DNA of 64,000 nucleotides from a virus (taxonomy: Duplodnaviria; Caudoviricetes), in IMG/VR virus record IMGVR_UViG_3300012979_000027, positions 1 through 64,000 of that record; one strand, written 5' to 3'. Position 1 is the first letter of the stretch; every line of letters starts with the position of its first letter. The translations under genes and the position numbers were made by a program. Under the pieces are notes generated by a model that saw only the letters and a list, made by a program, of their open reading frames with translations, was not told the DNA's origin and did no database searches. This document shows positions 16,755 through 27,031 of the stretch, piece after piece.

Positions 16755-16788
16755 AGAAAACCCGGATTGATTCCGGGTTTTTCTTTTT
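16755..16788. terminator. Bidirectional terminator between convergent genes
   Basis: AAAACCCGGA/TCCGGGTTTT. Confidence 0.8.
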
Positions 16789-16809
16789 CTCCATAAAATC
16801 TGTTCGGTG

Positions 16810-17193
16810 TCACTCTGCACACTCAACTAGACTAATCAGCTCTATCAATCTCTCAATCTTCTCAGGCTCATCACAAGTCAGTTCCTGATAATCGAACTTC
16901 ACGACATGAGAGAAGAAAAAACGTTCTTCATCGGTGTAATCCTTGAAGTAGCGTCCCGAGCAGTCTGCCAGACGGTTATTCAGAAAGTCTCGAGCAACTG
17001 TAAGGAGTTTGCAACAGCTCTTCAGTTCCCCGTTAATGACATAAATTTTCAAAAACTGGAGAATACCGTTGTTTATCATCTCGATGCAATCATCAGATTC
17101 TTCTTTGGTGTATCTGAGGTCTTTGATGTTCTTATTGTAAAGGTTCACAAAGTCCCAGAGTGATACTCGATAGGTGCCTTTCAAAACTTTCAT
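16810..17193 (-). CDS. Hypothetical protein
   Basis: 127-aa ORF. Confidence 0.7.
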   Translation of the reverse strand: MKVLKGTYRVSLWDFVNLYNKNIKDLRYTKEESDDCIEMINNGILQFLKIYVINGELKSCCKLLTVARDFLNNRLADCSGRYFKDYTDEERFFFSHVVKFDYQELTCDEPEKIERLIELISLVECAE

Positions 17194-17396
17194 AGTATCA
17201 TCTATTTAGTCCCAATGAGCATCCCAATCATCTGGGAAATAATCGTTATCATCTGACCATTGGCAATCTTCCCCGAAGTCTAAAAAAGAAAGGAGCAGGC
17301 CCCTGCTCCTTTCACACTAATTACTGGCGCTGCCGCCACTTTTCTAAGAAAATAGCACGGAAAGGGCTCGAAATTCCCAATTTCGAATAAATAATA

Positions 17397-18071
17397 GTGA
17401 TGTCATTTTCCAAGAAATATTTATTAATTTGTGATTATTGTAAAAAAGAATATGAAGTTTCTCGAACTGCTTTCAACTCAGCTAATTATAGAAAATCCCA
17501 TTTTCATTATAGACACTTTTGTTCTACTTCTTGCCAGCTTTCAGCCCGAGGGACTTCTGAGGTAACAGAAATTCCATGTGCTCATTGTGGAAAATTATTC
17601 AAACCTAAGGGCCACCCTAAAAAAGACGCTAAATCCAAAAGACGTTTTTGTTCTTGTTCTTGTGCTGCTTCTTATAATAATACCCATAAAACTACCGGTT
17701 CCACTCGTTCCAAATTAGAAAAATGGTTGGAAGAAAAACTTCTAAATCTTTATCCAAGCTTGGATTTTCAGTTTAATGATAAATCTGCTATCCAATCAGA
17801 GTTGGATATCTATATTCCATCATTAAAATTAGCATTTGAACTTAATGGAATTTATCATTATGAACCAATACATGGTCAAGAAAAATTGAATCAAATTCAA
17901 AATAACGACCTTAATAAATTCCAATCTTGCGCTTACTCCGGGATTTCTCTTTGTATAATTGATACCTCAGGTCAAATATATGTAACAGAAAAAACTTCTC
18001 AAAAGTATTTAGATATTATTACTTCTATTATTAATGAAAATTTATCTAGCTTCCCTAGGACTCGAACCTAG
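17397..18071 (+). CDS. Putative homing endonuclease (CxxC/FCS zinc fingers plus Vsr/DUF559-like nuclease domain)
   Basis: CDYC, FCS..C, CAHC; SKLE, ELDIYIP, AFELNG..H; AT-rich, antisense to neighbours, overlaps a tRNA. Confidence 0.75.
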   Translation: MMSFSKKYLLICDYCKKEYEVSRTAFNSANYRKSHFHYRHFCSTSCQLSARGTSEVTEIPCAHCGKLFKPKGHPKKDAKSKRRFCSCSCAASYNNTHKTTGSTRSKLEKWLEEKLLNLYPSLDFQFNDKSAIQSELDIYIPSLKLAFELNGIYHYEPIHGQEKLNQIQNNDLNKFQSCAYSGISLCIIDTSGQIYVTEKTSQKYLDIITSIINENLSSFPRTRT

Positions 18072-18120
18072 ACTCTCACACCGTATGAAAGTGGTGTTTT
18101 AACCATTAAACTAGGAAGCC
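18047..18120 (-). tRNA. tRNA(CAT), Ile2 or elongator Met
   Basis: Cloverleaf GGCTTCC/GGAAGCT, loop TTCATAC. Confidence 0.75.
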
Positions 18121-18345
18121 ATTCTGCAGAGTTATTTAACCCTCTGCTTCTCGATTTGGTTCATAGCGTTCACTCTGATGAACCTTTGTAAAACTCGTAA
18201 CTGCTTCTCCCTTACTCTTTCGAAAGAAATCAGCTGTGGAATACGTTCGAAAGATTCGAGTCTGTCCATCAGCTGTAGTCACAATAAAATCGAAGTTTCG
18301 TGTTTTCATGAGTTTATTATAGGTTTGTTCTGGATTTATTCTGGG

Positions 18346-18609
18346 TTAATCGATGATTGAAAGGATTTTGATACAGGGTTCACAATGTTTCTCAAATGTC
18401 AGCTTCTCATCAGCTCCAGACTTCCAGGAACCCCAGCAATAAGTTCCCAGTTCCACCTGAACACCGTCTGAGAAGTTCCCCAAGACACAATTGGACCTTC
18501 CCGAATCCATGACACCGATAACAATACGCTTCTCCAAATCTTCTGGAGACAGCTCTTGCAGTTTTTCCAACAGTTCTTTCCCTGTAATCCCTGGATATTC
18601 GATATTCAT
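18346..18609 (-). CDS. Hypothetical protein (start moved to MNIEY)
   Basis: ATGA overlap with the upstream gene. Confidence 0.65.
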   Translation of the reverse strand: MNIEYPGITGKELLEKLQELSPEDLEKRIVIGVMDSGRSNCVLGNFSDGVQVELGTYCWGSWKSGADEKLTFEKHCEPCIKILSIID

Positions 18610-18914
18610 TCCTGATCTCCTTTCAGTTCTTGCATTCTTTGCTCTTCCATTGTCATCGACTGTAACCAACACCTGTAGGTTTCGGCAGCAGCCTTCGAAT
18701 TCCACTTCATGTGGTCCCAGACTATCTGTCGATCAGACTCTTCCTGTGTTCCTGGGTATTTCCCATGATAACAGGTCTCGATAACCTTCTTGACAAAATC
18801 CGGTCCCAATCCCAGAGTTACCGTGGTGTTCAGCATTGCCTGTCGAATCTTCCAGTTCATTCTCCTGTAATGTTCCAGGACCTCATCTGACACACCGTAA
18901 ATGTTCTCTTCCAT
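18606..18914 (-). CDS. Hypothetical protein
   Basis: ATG at the fixed cassette position. Confidence 0.7.
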   Translation of the reverse strand: MEENIYGVSDEVLEHYRRMNWKIRQAMLNTTVTLGLGPDFVKKVIETCYHGKYPGTQEESDRQIVWDHMKWNSKAAAETYRCWLQSMTMEEQRMQELKGDQE

Positions 18915-18951
18915 GTTCGAATTATACATCAGTTCTGGACTGTGCCAAGAC

Positions 18952-19980
18952 TTACTTCATCTTGGCACAGTAATCATCGGACTTAGCCTTGTAGCTCCAG
19001 GACTCACCATTGAGCACCTTACCCTCACCCTCCGACACGGGCTTGGCAGAAAGCTCAAAGAGCAAATCCATGGTCACCACGGCTTCACCAATCACCGGGA
19101 CAGTGGGAATCGGGGCAAACCCAAGCTTCCCGAGCTTCTCATTCACATCCAGGAAATGCCAACCGGACTTGTAACGACCCTTGCGCTTGCGGTCATCATC
19201 GGCCTCAGGGAATCGTACACCGTACATGGCAAATCCCAGAGGCTGCTTGGCGTCCTGATTCACCTTGTGGCCATTGATACCGTTTCCGTAGATTTCACCA
19301 CGAATCGCGACAACCTCTCCCAGGTTCTTTGCCAGAGCCTTCACATGGGGAATGTACGGAGTAAGAGCCTTGATGTAGTTGTTCTCAATTGGCTGGCCCA
19401 TGTCATTCAGGGTCTTCAGGGTCAGGCTTCGAGAGCAGAACTCCAGCTTATCCTGATGTGGGTCGTAGTAGAGGACCGCAGAAGAACCATCGACCTTATG
19501 GGTGATAAGAGCAGTCTCACCGAGGTGAAGCTCGTGCTCCTTCATAGTCTGCCAGTTCTCCTCATCGGACTTCTCAATTCCCGGAGGAAGGTTCCCCTTT
19601 GCATCCTGGGCCTTGCAGGGTCGCTCGTAGTGGGTGATTCCCAGAGCCTCACAAACGGCTACAGAGTTCTCCAGGTCCACACCAGCAAGCTCCTTCTCCA
19701 GCTCCTTCAGAGACACCACCAGACCTCGGGACATAACACCACGGAGTCGGACGTTTTTCACACGGTCACCGTTACCGAGGTAGTTGCGGTATGGCTGCAC
19801 CCAATCACGGGTCACATCCAGCTTAGCATCCTCCTCAATCTTCAGGACTTTCTCAAATCGCTCGAAAACTCCCTTGGCGATTACACACTGGGAAGAACGC
19901 ACAAAGCAAATCTCCAGTCGGTCGGCATCAGGGTGCGGCTTAATAATTCCAATCTTATCTACAAAAGCGTCAGTTGCCAT
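18952..19980 (-). CDS. RNA ligase, DRB0094/Rnl5-like, with N-terminal OB domain
   Basis: HPDADRLE, RLRGVMSRG, KSDEE, THKVDGSS, RGEIYG.GI, EGKV, SYKAKS. Confidence 0.9.
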   Translation of the reverse strand: MATDAFVDKIGIIKPHPDADRLEICFVRSSQCVIAKGVFERFEKVLKIEEDAKLDVTRDWVQPYRNYLGNGDRVKNVRLRGVMSRGLVVSLKELEKELAGVDLENSVAVCEALGITHYERPCKAQDAKGNLPPGIEKSDEENWQTMKEHELHLGETALITHKVDGSSAVLYYDPHQDKLEFCSRSLTLKTLNDMGQPIENNYIKALTPYIPHVKALAKNLGEVVAIRGEIYGNGINGHKVNQDAKQPLGFAMYGVRFPEADDDRKRKGRYKSGWHFLDVNEKLGKLGFAPIPTVPVIGEAVVTMDLLFELSAKPVSEGEGKVLNGESWSYKAKSDDYCAKMK

Positions 19981-20132
19981 AATTCGTAAAAGGTTTGTTT
20001 GTTACAAATATTTGTTTACTTCAGTTCTGTCTGGTGTTGCAGGTGACTTTACTTGTCACCAAACAACCACTCATAGTACCAATCATCGTTCATACACTTA
20101 TTATATTTGAGTTCTGTTAATACCAAATGACA

Positions 20133-20297
20133 TTACTTCTCATCCATCTTCTGCTTTACATACTGAGTCATCAAATCCACGAAAACTTGTTTCTCGGGCA
20201 TTCCGAAGAGTCGAGCCGTGTCTTTTGCCATACGCTTGAAGTCGTTGATGATTTCGGGAGTAATCCCATACTTTTGCATAATCTCATCCGTTTTCAT
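20133..20297 (-). CDS. Hypothetical protein
   Basis: Cassette-led ATG. Confidence 0.65.
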   Translation of the reverse strand: MKTDEIMQKYGITPEIINDFKRMAKDTARLFGMPEKQVFVDLMTQYVKQKMDEK

Positions 20298-20496
20298 ACA
20301 CTTATTATATAGAAGCTCTGTTAGACAGCGATGCAAATAACCAAAATCGTAAAGAGGTAAATCAGCAGGAGGTTAAGAAGAAGGTCGGCTTTAGGATGGT
20401 CGGCACCGTAGAGACCGGCTACAACAACAAAGGGAAGAATCACAAAGAGACCAAAGAGAAGCATCGTTATCATGAATATATTATAACGAAGTTCTG

Positions 20497-20922
20497 TTAC
20501 ATACTCGCGTCTTCAAGTTTTTTCAGAATCCTTTCGAAGATTGGTGTCGAATCCAGAGCCATACCAGTGTTCCACACCTTCTCAATGTAATAGTCCTTGG
20601 CAGGGTCTTCGGTGTGAGGGAAGAAGATAGATTTTCTTACCAGGTTTACATACTTCTTACCCCTACGTTCATAGGTTCGAATCGTAGCCTTCACCGCCAT
20701 ACCCTTTAGGAAGCCAACAGTGTGGGGAGCTTCAGAGTACATCTCATAGACTCCAGGTTCTACCTGTTCCACGACTACCTCGAAATCCTTTCGAAGGGGT
20801 TCAAGACCACAGGTCAGTATGCTATGTACAAGTGCTGAGATTTTGTCACAGGGACGACTCAGGAGCTGTCGATTTATACACCTGGTGCAATTGTCCCAAC
20901 GTTCTTTCCAAATGTTCTTCAT
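20497..20922 (-). CDS. Hypothetical protein, paralog of 13629..14133
   Basis: Cassette-led; DYYIEKVW motif. Confidence 0.8.
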   Translation of the reverse strand: MKNIWKERWDNCTRCINRQLLSRPCDKISALVHSILTCGLEPLRKDFEVVVEQVEPGVYEMYSEAPHTVGFLKGMAVKATIRTYERRGKKYVNLVRKSIFFPHTEDPAKDYYIEKVWNTGMALDSTPIFERILKKLEDASM

Positions 20923-20962
20923 GACTATATTATATGCGAGTTCTGTTTCCAGTTAGCATCAA

Positions 20963-21202
20963 TTAATCTGCATAGAAGCTGCAGATTTTTCCTTTGCCCG
21001 GGTCGGTCCAGAAATTAACAAATCCTCCAACCTCCAAGGTTTCAAACATCTTTTCATCTAATTCAAATCCTTGACCCATTCCCGGCTGAAACCAATAGCT
21101 TCCATCTGTAAGCTTTTCAATTTTTCCACGTTTCAAATTAACTGATATTTCAATATTCAAATTGCAAAGAGCATTGAAAAGCTGTTTCATGTTGTCTTTC
21201 AT
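20963..21202 (-). CDS. Hypothetical protein
   Basis: Cassette-led ATG. Confidence 0.75.
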   Translation of the reverse strand: MKDNMKQLFNALCNLNIEISVNLKRGKIEKLTDGSYWFQPGMGQGFELDEKMFETLEVGGFVNFWTDPGKGKICSFYAD

Positions 21203-21229
21203 GACTATATTATAGCGGAATTCTGTCGC

Positions 21230-21574
21230 TTAGATAAGTCTTTCAAAGGGAGTATAGGTAGTCTCCACTCTCAGTTCTCGGTCTTTCAGCTGTGACCAGT
21301 CTCCTCTTTCCCCTTTATGAAAATCAACCGAAGCCTTCCAGATAGAACGCAAAGATTCACTGTTAAGGACCTCACTCATGATTTTGTTCTTCAAATCTCC
21401 TGTTAGATGAATCATTCCGAAGTCCTTTACTTCACCCATTTTCATCTTGTTGGCTATGAAGTCTCGCATATTGTTCATACCAACCTTTCGGTGTCTACAC
21501 AAAATCATTATAGAGGGCAGAAGCTCTTCGTTCTCCCATTCTATATCGTAAAGACAATAGGTAACCGTTTGCAT
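21230..21574 (-). CDS. Hypothetical protein
   Basis: Cassette-led ATG. Confidence 0.75.
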   Translation of the reverse strand: MQTVTYCLYDIEWENEELLPSIMILCRHRKVGMNNMRDFIANKMKMGEVKDFGMIHLTGDLKNKIMSEVLNSESLRSIWKASVDFHKGERGDWSQLKDRELRVETTYTPFERLI

Positions 21575-21576
21575 GA

Positions 21577-21861
21577 CTATATTTTATGCGAGTTCTGTTT
21601 TTTCACGGTTTTGAATCTGAACTCTTTTTTGTCAGTGTAAACAATCCAGGTATCTCCTGCCCAAAGGTCATTTTCTTTTTCTGGTTCAGTAAGGATTGCT
21701 TCTTCCACATTCATCCAGTTAAAATATTCACCCCACAAAATACTTCCAACCATAACACCTTCATCGCTGATAAACACCTCTTCACCATTCTCTGTTACCA
21801 TTTTATAATCCTTCATGGGAAGATAGAAGCAATATCTCTTAAATCTTTTCCAGTCTTTCAT
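21577..21861 (-). CDS. Hypothetical protein
   Basis: ORF behind a cassette with a short AC-rich leader. Confidence 0.7.
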   Translation of the reverse strand: MKDWKRFKRYCFYLPMKDYKMVTENGEEVFISDEGVMVGSILWGEYFNWMNVEEAILTEPEKENDLWAGDTWIVYTDKKEFRFKTVKKQNSHKI

Positions 21862-21904
21862 GAATTATTTTGGTTGGTGATGGTTATATCTTAGCGGAGT
21901 TCTG

Positions 21905-22075
21905 TTAGAAGTTCAGGACATCAATCGGAGCACTCATCACGGCTTCTTCATAAAAAACAGTGAACTTTGCCCCTATTTGATATTCACTCACATGAATTCC
22001 CTTAGCTGCCATCTGCTGTACCCATTCATGTGTCTGCTGAGAAGCAATCTCAAAAGCTGTATCGAAGATATTCAT
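21905..22075 (-). CDS. Hypothetical protein
   Basis: Cassette-led ATG (MNIFD). Confidence 0.65.
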   Translation of the reverse strand: MNIFDTAFEIASQQTHEWVQQMAAKGIHVSEYQIGAKFTVFYEEAVMSAPIDVLNF

Positions 22076-22082
22076 GATTGTA

Positions 22083-22646
22083 TCATAGAGTAGTTCTGTC
22101 GAGGATAGCAGCGATGAGTTGTTGATGTGCATCTGTAAGGCTCTTGTCTCCGAGCTCAGAGAAACAACGCACGGCTCTGCGATAACGCTTCTCCTGACTC
22201 TTCCTTGTACCTTTGCTCTCGCGGATGTTCGCAAGCATATCGCAAAGCTTTACGAGCAACAAATCACTGGAAGCAGTAAGGAGCAGTTTCGCAAGATAGA
22301 CAACCTTCCCACGTTCCTTGATTTCCATCTGGTCCGTGTCCCAGTGGTCCGAAATCTTTGCAAGATCGAAGACCACCCCTGCCCAGCCCTCACGACCCTT
22401 CATATCGATGATGAAACGTGCCTTCGAATCAATCCTATCGAGTCCCAGAAGCTTTCGAGTACCCTCTGCATTCTCTTCCATAATATCGTGGAGCCATGCC
22501 ACACATACGCTCTTCTCGGAGCCACCATACTCCTTCACGAGTTCCGCAACAGCCTTTGGGTGTTCGATGTAAGGTGTAACTCCATCAGCTCGGAACTGGC
22601 CTTCGTGGAGCTGTCGAGCAATCTTCTCTGCGGTTTCGATATTCAT
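22083..22646 (-). CDS. Stand-alone HD-domain protein, SpoT/Mesh1-like alarmone hydrolase family
   Basis: H.GQ.R..G.TPYIEHP..VA, AWLHDIME, VKLCD..AN. Confidence 0.85.
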   Translation of the reverse strand: MNIETAEKIARQLHEGQFRADGVTPYIEHPKAVAELVKEYGGSEKSVCVAWLHDIMEENAEGTRKLLGLDRIDSKARFIIDMKGREGWAGVVFDLAKISDHWDTDQMEIKERGKVVYLAKLLLTASSDLLLVKLCDMLANIRESKGTRKSQEKRYRRAVRCFSELGDKSLTDAHQQLIAAILDRTTL

Positions 22647-22672
22647 GAGTATATTGTGCAGGGGTTCTGTTC

Positions 22673-22903
22673 TCAACCTAAGAACTCCACCTCGGTGATT
22701 TCCCACAACTCCATCTCCTCTCTCCACTCTGCCCTATGGATGAACATCCACGAAGAACTCTTTCGAGCATGTAAATCCCAACCATTGTTATAGGGTCTCG
22801 TGTCTCTCTTAACCCAGTAGTCTACTCCATTCAAGTTCACAGTTGCTTTTTGCTCTGCAGCATCGTCGAGAATCTCGGCAAGGTTCACATACTTGATATT
22901 CAT
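22673..22903 (-). CDS. Hypothetical protein
   Basis: Cassette-led ATG. Confidence 0.75.
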   Translation of the reverse strand: MNIKYVNLAEILDDAAEQKATVNLNGVDYWVKRDTRPYNNGWDLHARKSSSWMFIHRAEWREEMELWEITEVEFLG

Positions 22904-22944
22904 GACTATATTATGCAGAAGTTCTGTTAGTGGGAAAGATGAGG

Positions 22945-23193
22945 TTATTCCTCATCCTTCCAAGTATGGTCACAATCAGATTCTACCACCTCATAAGTAC
23001 AGTTAACATTATAATGTAACTCACTCAGACCTAATACTTTACACATAGTATCACCTATCAATTGTTCTCTTTCCTCAAAGGTAGTATTGGAATCATCCAC
23101 TAAGATTATAACTTCTTTAGTATCAACTACTACTTCTTTAACTTTATTATTAAAAGAATCAACTTCTATATTAGTAATCTTGTAGGTTGTCAT
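22945..23193 (-). CDS. Hypothetical protein
   Basis: Cassette-led ATG. Confidence 0.75.
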   Translation of the reverse strand: MTTYKITNIEVDSFNNKVKEVVVDTKEVIILVDDSNTTFEEREQLIGDTMCKVLGLSELHYNVNCTYEVVESDCDHTWKDEE

Positions 23194-23272
23194 GATTATA
23201 TTATAGTTGAGTTCTGTTTTAGTGAGAGTTGAATTGAAATTTTAATTAAAGTTTCGAATCGTCTGGACGCGT

Positions 23273-23473
23273 TCAATCGAGAAAGCTCAGATCGATGCCG
23301 ATGATTTCCTGCTCCTCCTTTGTAAAGAGCTTGTGTCCTACCTGCCAAGAAGCTTTAGGATTGAACCAGCCTACAACCGTCACAATCGCGCGTTTCACTT
23401 GCATCTTCGTGGTCCAGCCTTCGGTAAGGTTCAGAGGATACTTGGTCTGAATTCGTTTGTTGTTGCTCTTCAT
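23273..23473 (-). CDS. Hypothetical protein
   Basis: Cassette-led ATG. Confidence 0.7.
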   Translation of the reverse strand: MKSNNKRIQTKYPLNLTEGWTTKMQVKRAIVTVVGWFNPKASWQVGHKLFTKEEQEIIGIDLSFLD

Positions 23474-23497
23474 GCTTATATTATAGCGAGGTTCTGT

Positions 23498-23722
23498 TTA
23501 TTCAAAGGTAACACAATGAGTCTTGTTTGTTACCGGTGGCAACGGTCTCTGCCGAGTCCAGTCAAGGTAAGCACAGCTCTCCCATATAGGAGTAACCACT
23601 GCCTTTTGTACCGGCAGCTGTTCACTCCAACCAGAGTCTGATACTTCCACATGCATTACAATCATATCCTGAGGTAACTGCTTCAGCTGCTCAATCAGCT
23701 CTGCTACCGTTATACCATTCAT
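23498..23722 (-). CDS. Hypothetical protein
   Basis: Cassette-led; TVAELIEQL..LP.D start. Confidence 0.75.
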   Translation of the reverse strand: MNGITVAELIEQLKQLPQDMIVMHVEVSDSGWSEQLPVQKAVVTPIWESCAYLDWTRQRPLPPVTNKTHCVTFE

Positions 23723-23809
23723 GCTTTTATTATGATAAGGTTCTGTTCAACAAAAAAGCCCCTTAACGTTTCACAACGTGAGGGGCTCGAGATTCCAAGA
23801 CAAAATCTT

Positions 23810-24280
23810 TTACTTCTTAAACTTAGGAAGGTAGGTGGACCAGAGCATACGTGCATCCTCTTCAGTATCAACGATTGAGGAGACAATCTTCTTCTCATTA
23901 GAGCCAATCACCTGATGCTCAACCCAGAACTTACCACCCTGGTCAATAAGGAACAACCCTTCCTTCTCACCAATCGGCTCAGCCACTACCACGTAACGGC
24001 GATTATCAACAGGCTTATCCTCGGCTACCTGCACAACAGCCTGTGCCTTCTTAGTCTTCTTAGCAGTCTTCTTTTCCTTCTTGATTTCAAGCTCAGGGTG
24101 AATACCTGCCTCAATCAACACTCGACACACATATCCATCGCTCTTGTCTTTACGATTCGCAAAGAGGTTCGAGCTCTTTTTGATTTGTGTCTTTGTAAAA
24201 GTACCATTCTCGATGAGCTCAGCAATCTTAGCTTTGGCCTCATCCACGGGAATCCAAGAAGTCATATCAACGAATGCCAT
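23810..24280 (-). CDS. Hypothetical protein, GY.CRV family
   Basis: Paralog of 25756..26106 and 28315..28788. Confidence 0.8.
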   Translation of the reverse strand: MAFVDMTSWIPVDEAKAKIAELIENGTFTKTQIKKSSNLFANRKDKSDGYVCRVLIEAGIHPELEIKKEKKTAKKTKKAQAVVQVAEDKPVDNRRYVVVAEPIGEKEGLFLIDQGGKFWVEHQVIGSNEKKIVSSIVDTEEDARMLWSTYLPKFKK

Positions 24281-24318
24281 AATCTTAAAAGTGTTTGTTT
24301 GTTGTTTACAGTTTAATT

Positions 24319-24609
24319 TTATGCAAGTTCTGTTTGCTTGTCCTGCAGAGCATCGAACAGATAGAAAGCATGGACAGCCAGACTATTCTTTTCATCTTCA
24401 CGAGCAGCAAGATAAGCTTTACCTATAAAGTGCACAGCTATATAATCAGAAGCGACGACTTTCAAAAACTCTTCCTTTGAAATGGTATCGAAAGTATCAG
24501 TAATTGCTTCGTAAGCTGCATTTATCGTTTCGAGTGCAACGTTCAAAAGGTAGCTAGGGAAATCAGCTTTAACTTTTTTCAAATCGTCAAGTGTTACTTT
24601 GCTCTTCAT
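24319..24609 (-). CDS. Hypothetical protein
   Basis: Cassette-led ATG. Confidence 0.75.
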   Translation of the reverse strand: MKSKVTLDDLKKVKADFPSYLLNVALETINAAYEAITDTFDTISKEEFLKVVASDYIAVHFIGKAYLAAREDEKNSLAVHAFYLFDALQDKQTELA

Positions 24610-24649
24610 GACTATATTATATGCGAGTTCTGAGTTACGAGTGGCAGTT

Positions 24650-24916
24650 TTATCGAGTGAAGATATAAGTTGTTATGGTAGCATCGGAATCGTCATCGCA
24701 AGTAGTAATAACAATCTGAGAATCGGTCTCAAGGATTCGTACGTCCACGATTCGTGCAGAGCCAGACCATTCAAGAGGAAGGAGAATCCAAGAGCTATGG
24801 AAGGTAGAACTCTCAAACTCAGGAGCACAGGGACGATAGGTGCTCATGGTGGAGGTGAGGCAGGTGTGGCCTTCGAGGGATTCAATCAGTTCGCGGTGTG
24901 TATCAGAAAGTGTCAT
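24650..24916 (-). CDS. Hypothetical protein
   Basis: Cassette plus AC-rich leader. Confidence 0.7.
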   Translation of the reverse strand: MTLSDTHRELIESLEGHTCLTSTMSTYRPCAPEFESSTFHSSWILLPLEWSGSARIVDVRILETDSQIVITTCDDDSDATITTYIFTR

Positions 24917-24969
24917 ATTCGTGTTGTGTTGTTGCTTATTACTCTTTTATTATAGCGAGGTTCTGTTTG

Positions 24970-25152
24970 TTACTTGGTGCTCAGTTTCCAGGTCCACCAG
25001 GCTCTCGGAGTTGAACTTTCGCATTCAGGTTTCCCCACATTGCACTCCAGTTGACCTTCAGAGTACTCAGTCACCAACTCTTCAATTCTCGAAACCAGTT
25101 CCTGATACCGACCTGACTTTACCATTGCCTCTATAACTTCTCGGGTGTTCAT
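24970..25152 (-). CDS. Hypothetical protein
   Basis: Cassette-led ATG. Confidence 0.6.
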   Translation of the reverse strand: MNTREVIEAMVKSGRYQELVSRIEELVTEYSEGQLECNVGKPECESSTPRAWWTWKLSTK

Positions 25153-25196
25153 ACACATATTATAGCGAGGTTCTGTTTTTACTAAGAAGTGGAGGG

Positions 25197-25430
25197 TTAA
25201 CCCTCCACTACACTAGAGGCGAAAACGCCTTCAACTTCCTTAAAGGTTGCACCCCAATAACTTACGTTCCTCTTAAAGAAGAAGGCCTCACTTCCACCAT
25301 ACTCGGTTGTTACTTTATACTTTGCTCCATTTTTTAATGTAACAAAACACTTTGTTCTTTTAATAATTGTATAGGTACCATAAGAGCCTTTATACTTTTT
25401 ACCAACCTCAAAGAGTGTTACGTTGTTCAT
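25197..25430 (-). CDS. Hypothetical protein
   Basis: Cassette-led ATG. Confidence 0.75.
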   Translation of the reverse strand: MNNVTLFEVGKKYKGSYGTYTIIKRTKCFVTLKNGAKYKVTTEYGGSEAFFFKRNVSYWGATFKEVEGVFASSVVEG

Positions 25431-25755
25431 GTCTTTATTATAGGCATGTTCTGTCTCGTTTAAGAGCTAAGCTTATCCAACAATTTTCGAGCTCTTTCAG
25501 GTTCATCCTTATTCCAGGACCTGGCTCCTCCTGAACACAGCCATTCACGCAGCGCCAGCCTCAAAGTCTTCAATTCAGCTTCGGTCAGAAAAACAGGCAT
25601 TGAATATCAATCAGTTAGGTTTCAATTTTTGGCCAGAATCGCACGGTTGGTTCCTGGCTGCTATTACTCAAGGTTCAACCTAAATATCGCGGCCACAACT
25701 AATTCTGGCTCCGTAACTTCCTTATATTCAGTCAGTTACGGAGCCAGTTTCCTGC

Positions 25756-26106
25756 TTAGGCAGTTTGAGTAGATTCTACTTCAGGCAGATAAGGAGCATA
25801 AGTCATTGTATGAGAATCAGTTACGCTATTACCTGTGTTGCAATCAGTTACGAAGGAAGCAACCTTAGACTTCTTAACTCGCTTAGTACCAGTCACTTCC
25901 ATCTCAGGACGTAAGCCTTTAACAACCAGCACACGGCAAATATAGCCTTCGTCATGATTCTTAACATTCTTCCAACGATAGGAACTAAGCTTAACCTGCT
26001 TCTTATCCAAGCCATTAGCAATTAGTTCCTTACGCTTAGCCTTAGCATCAGCGATTGCAATCCAAGTAGTTACGGCAGCGAATTCAGTAGTATTAGTAGC
26101 GTTCAT
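25756..26106 (-). CDS. Hypothetical protein, GY.CRV family
   Basis: KLSSYRW..GYICRV. Confidence 0.8.
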   Translation of the reverse strand: MNATNTTEFAAVTTWIAIADAKAKRKELIANGLDKKQVKLSSYRWKNVKNHDEGYICRVLVVKGLRPEMEVTGTKRVKKSKVASFVTDCNTGNSVTDSHTMTYAPYLPEVESTQTA

Positions 26107-26301
26107 AGTCTTTATTTGTTTGCTTGTTACGTTTTCATTATAGTTGTGTTCTGTATTAGTGAAAGTGAAATTAGATATTCTTCAGACGGATGAGAACGTC
26201 CTTGTTGTCGTTCAAGATTTCCTCAAAGGCAACGGCCAGGAGCTTGCAGTTAGTCAGTGTCACGTTGTTCATGATTATATTATAGTGAGGTTCTGTTTTA
26301 A

Positions 26302-26565
26302 TTAGTAGCGAAGAAGCATTTGCTTGATTTGTTCGGCCGAGCATGTATTAAGTCGATGTTCAGGAATTGATTGAAGCAAAGCATTCTGTTGGCATGAAGT
26401 TGTCTTGGAAAACTTGTCCATAGTCAGGAAAATCTTGCCTTCATGATTAATTGCAATAGGAGTTGAATATGAATAGAATACACCATCTTCAACTCGAGCA
26501 GTTGCAGCATAGGCATTAGAACCGTTAAGGAAGGAACGAACAAGGTCAATCATGTACTTACGCAT
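26302..26565 (-). CDS. Hypothetical phage protein
   Basis: YSYSTPIA...S.TTS.QQ; cassette plus leader. Confidence 0.75.
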   Translation of the reverse strand: MRKYMIDLVRSFLNGSNAYAATARVEDGVFYSYSTPIAINHEGKIFLTMDKFSKTTSCQQNALLQSIPEHRLNTCSAEQIKQMLLRY

Positions 26566-27031
26566 AGTCTTTGTTGTGTTGCTGTTTACACTTTTATTAT
26601 AGGCGAGTTCTGTTCCGCTTTATTAGCACTCAAAGAAGTTCTGACCAATACAAATCCCTACCACTGAGGCAATGATTGCAGGAACAACCATGAACATAGC
26701 AATGGCAAACAAGGCCATATCCTCAGGATTAAAGCACTGAAGAAAAGCGATGAAACCAGTAGCAAGGGCAGCAAGAAGAATCGTTACGTTGTTCATGACT
26801 ATATTATGTGCGAGTTCTGTGAGAGATTAAGGCAAGCCGATATACCACATCTTGTTAGGAAGTAATACCCACATACAACCATATTTGTCCTTCTCGGCTC
26901 GAATAATAGTCTCCCCTTCGAAATAACCTGGGATAGTCAATTTATTATCGTGAATATATCCCTTGACCAGGGCCCCATCTTCCATTTCAAATTCGTAACT
27001 CATACCTAAAATATATTGTCGTTCTGTTTCG

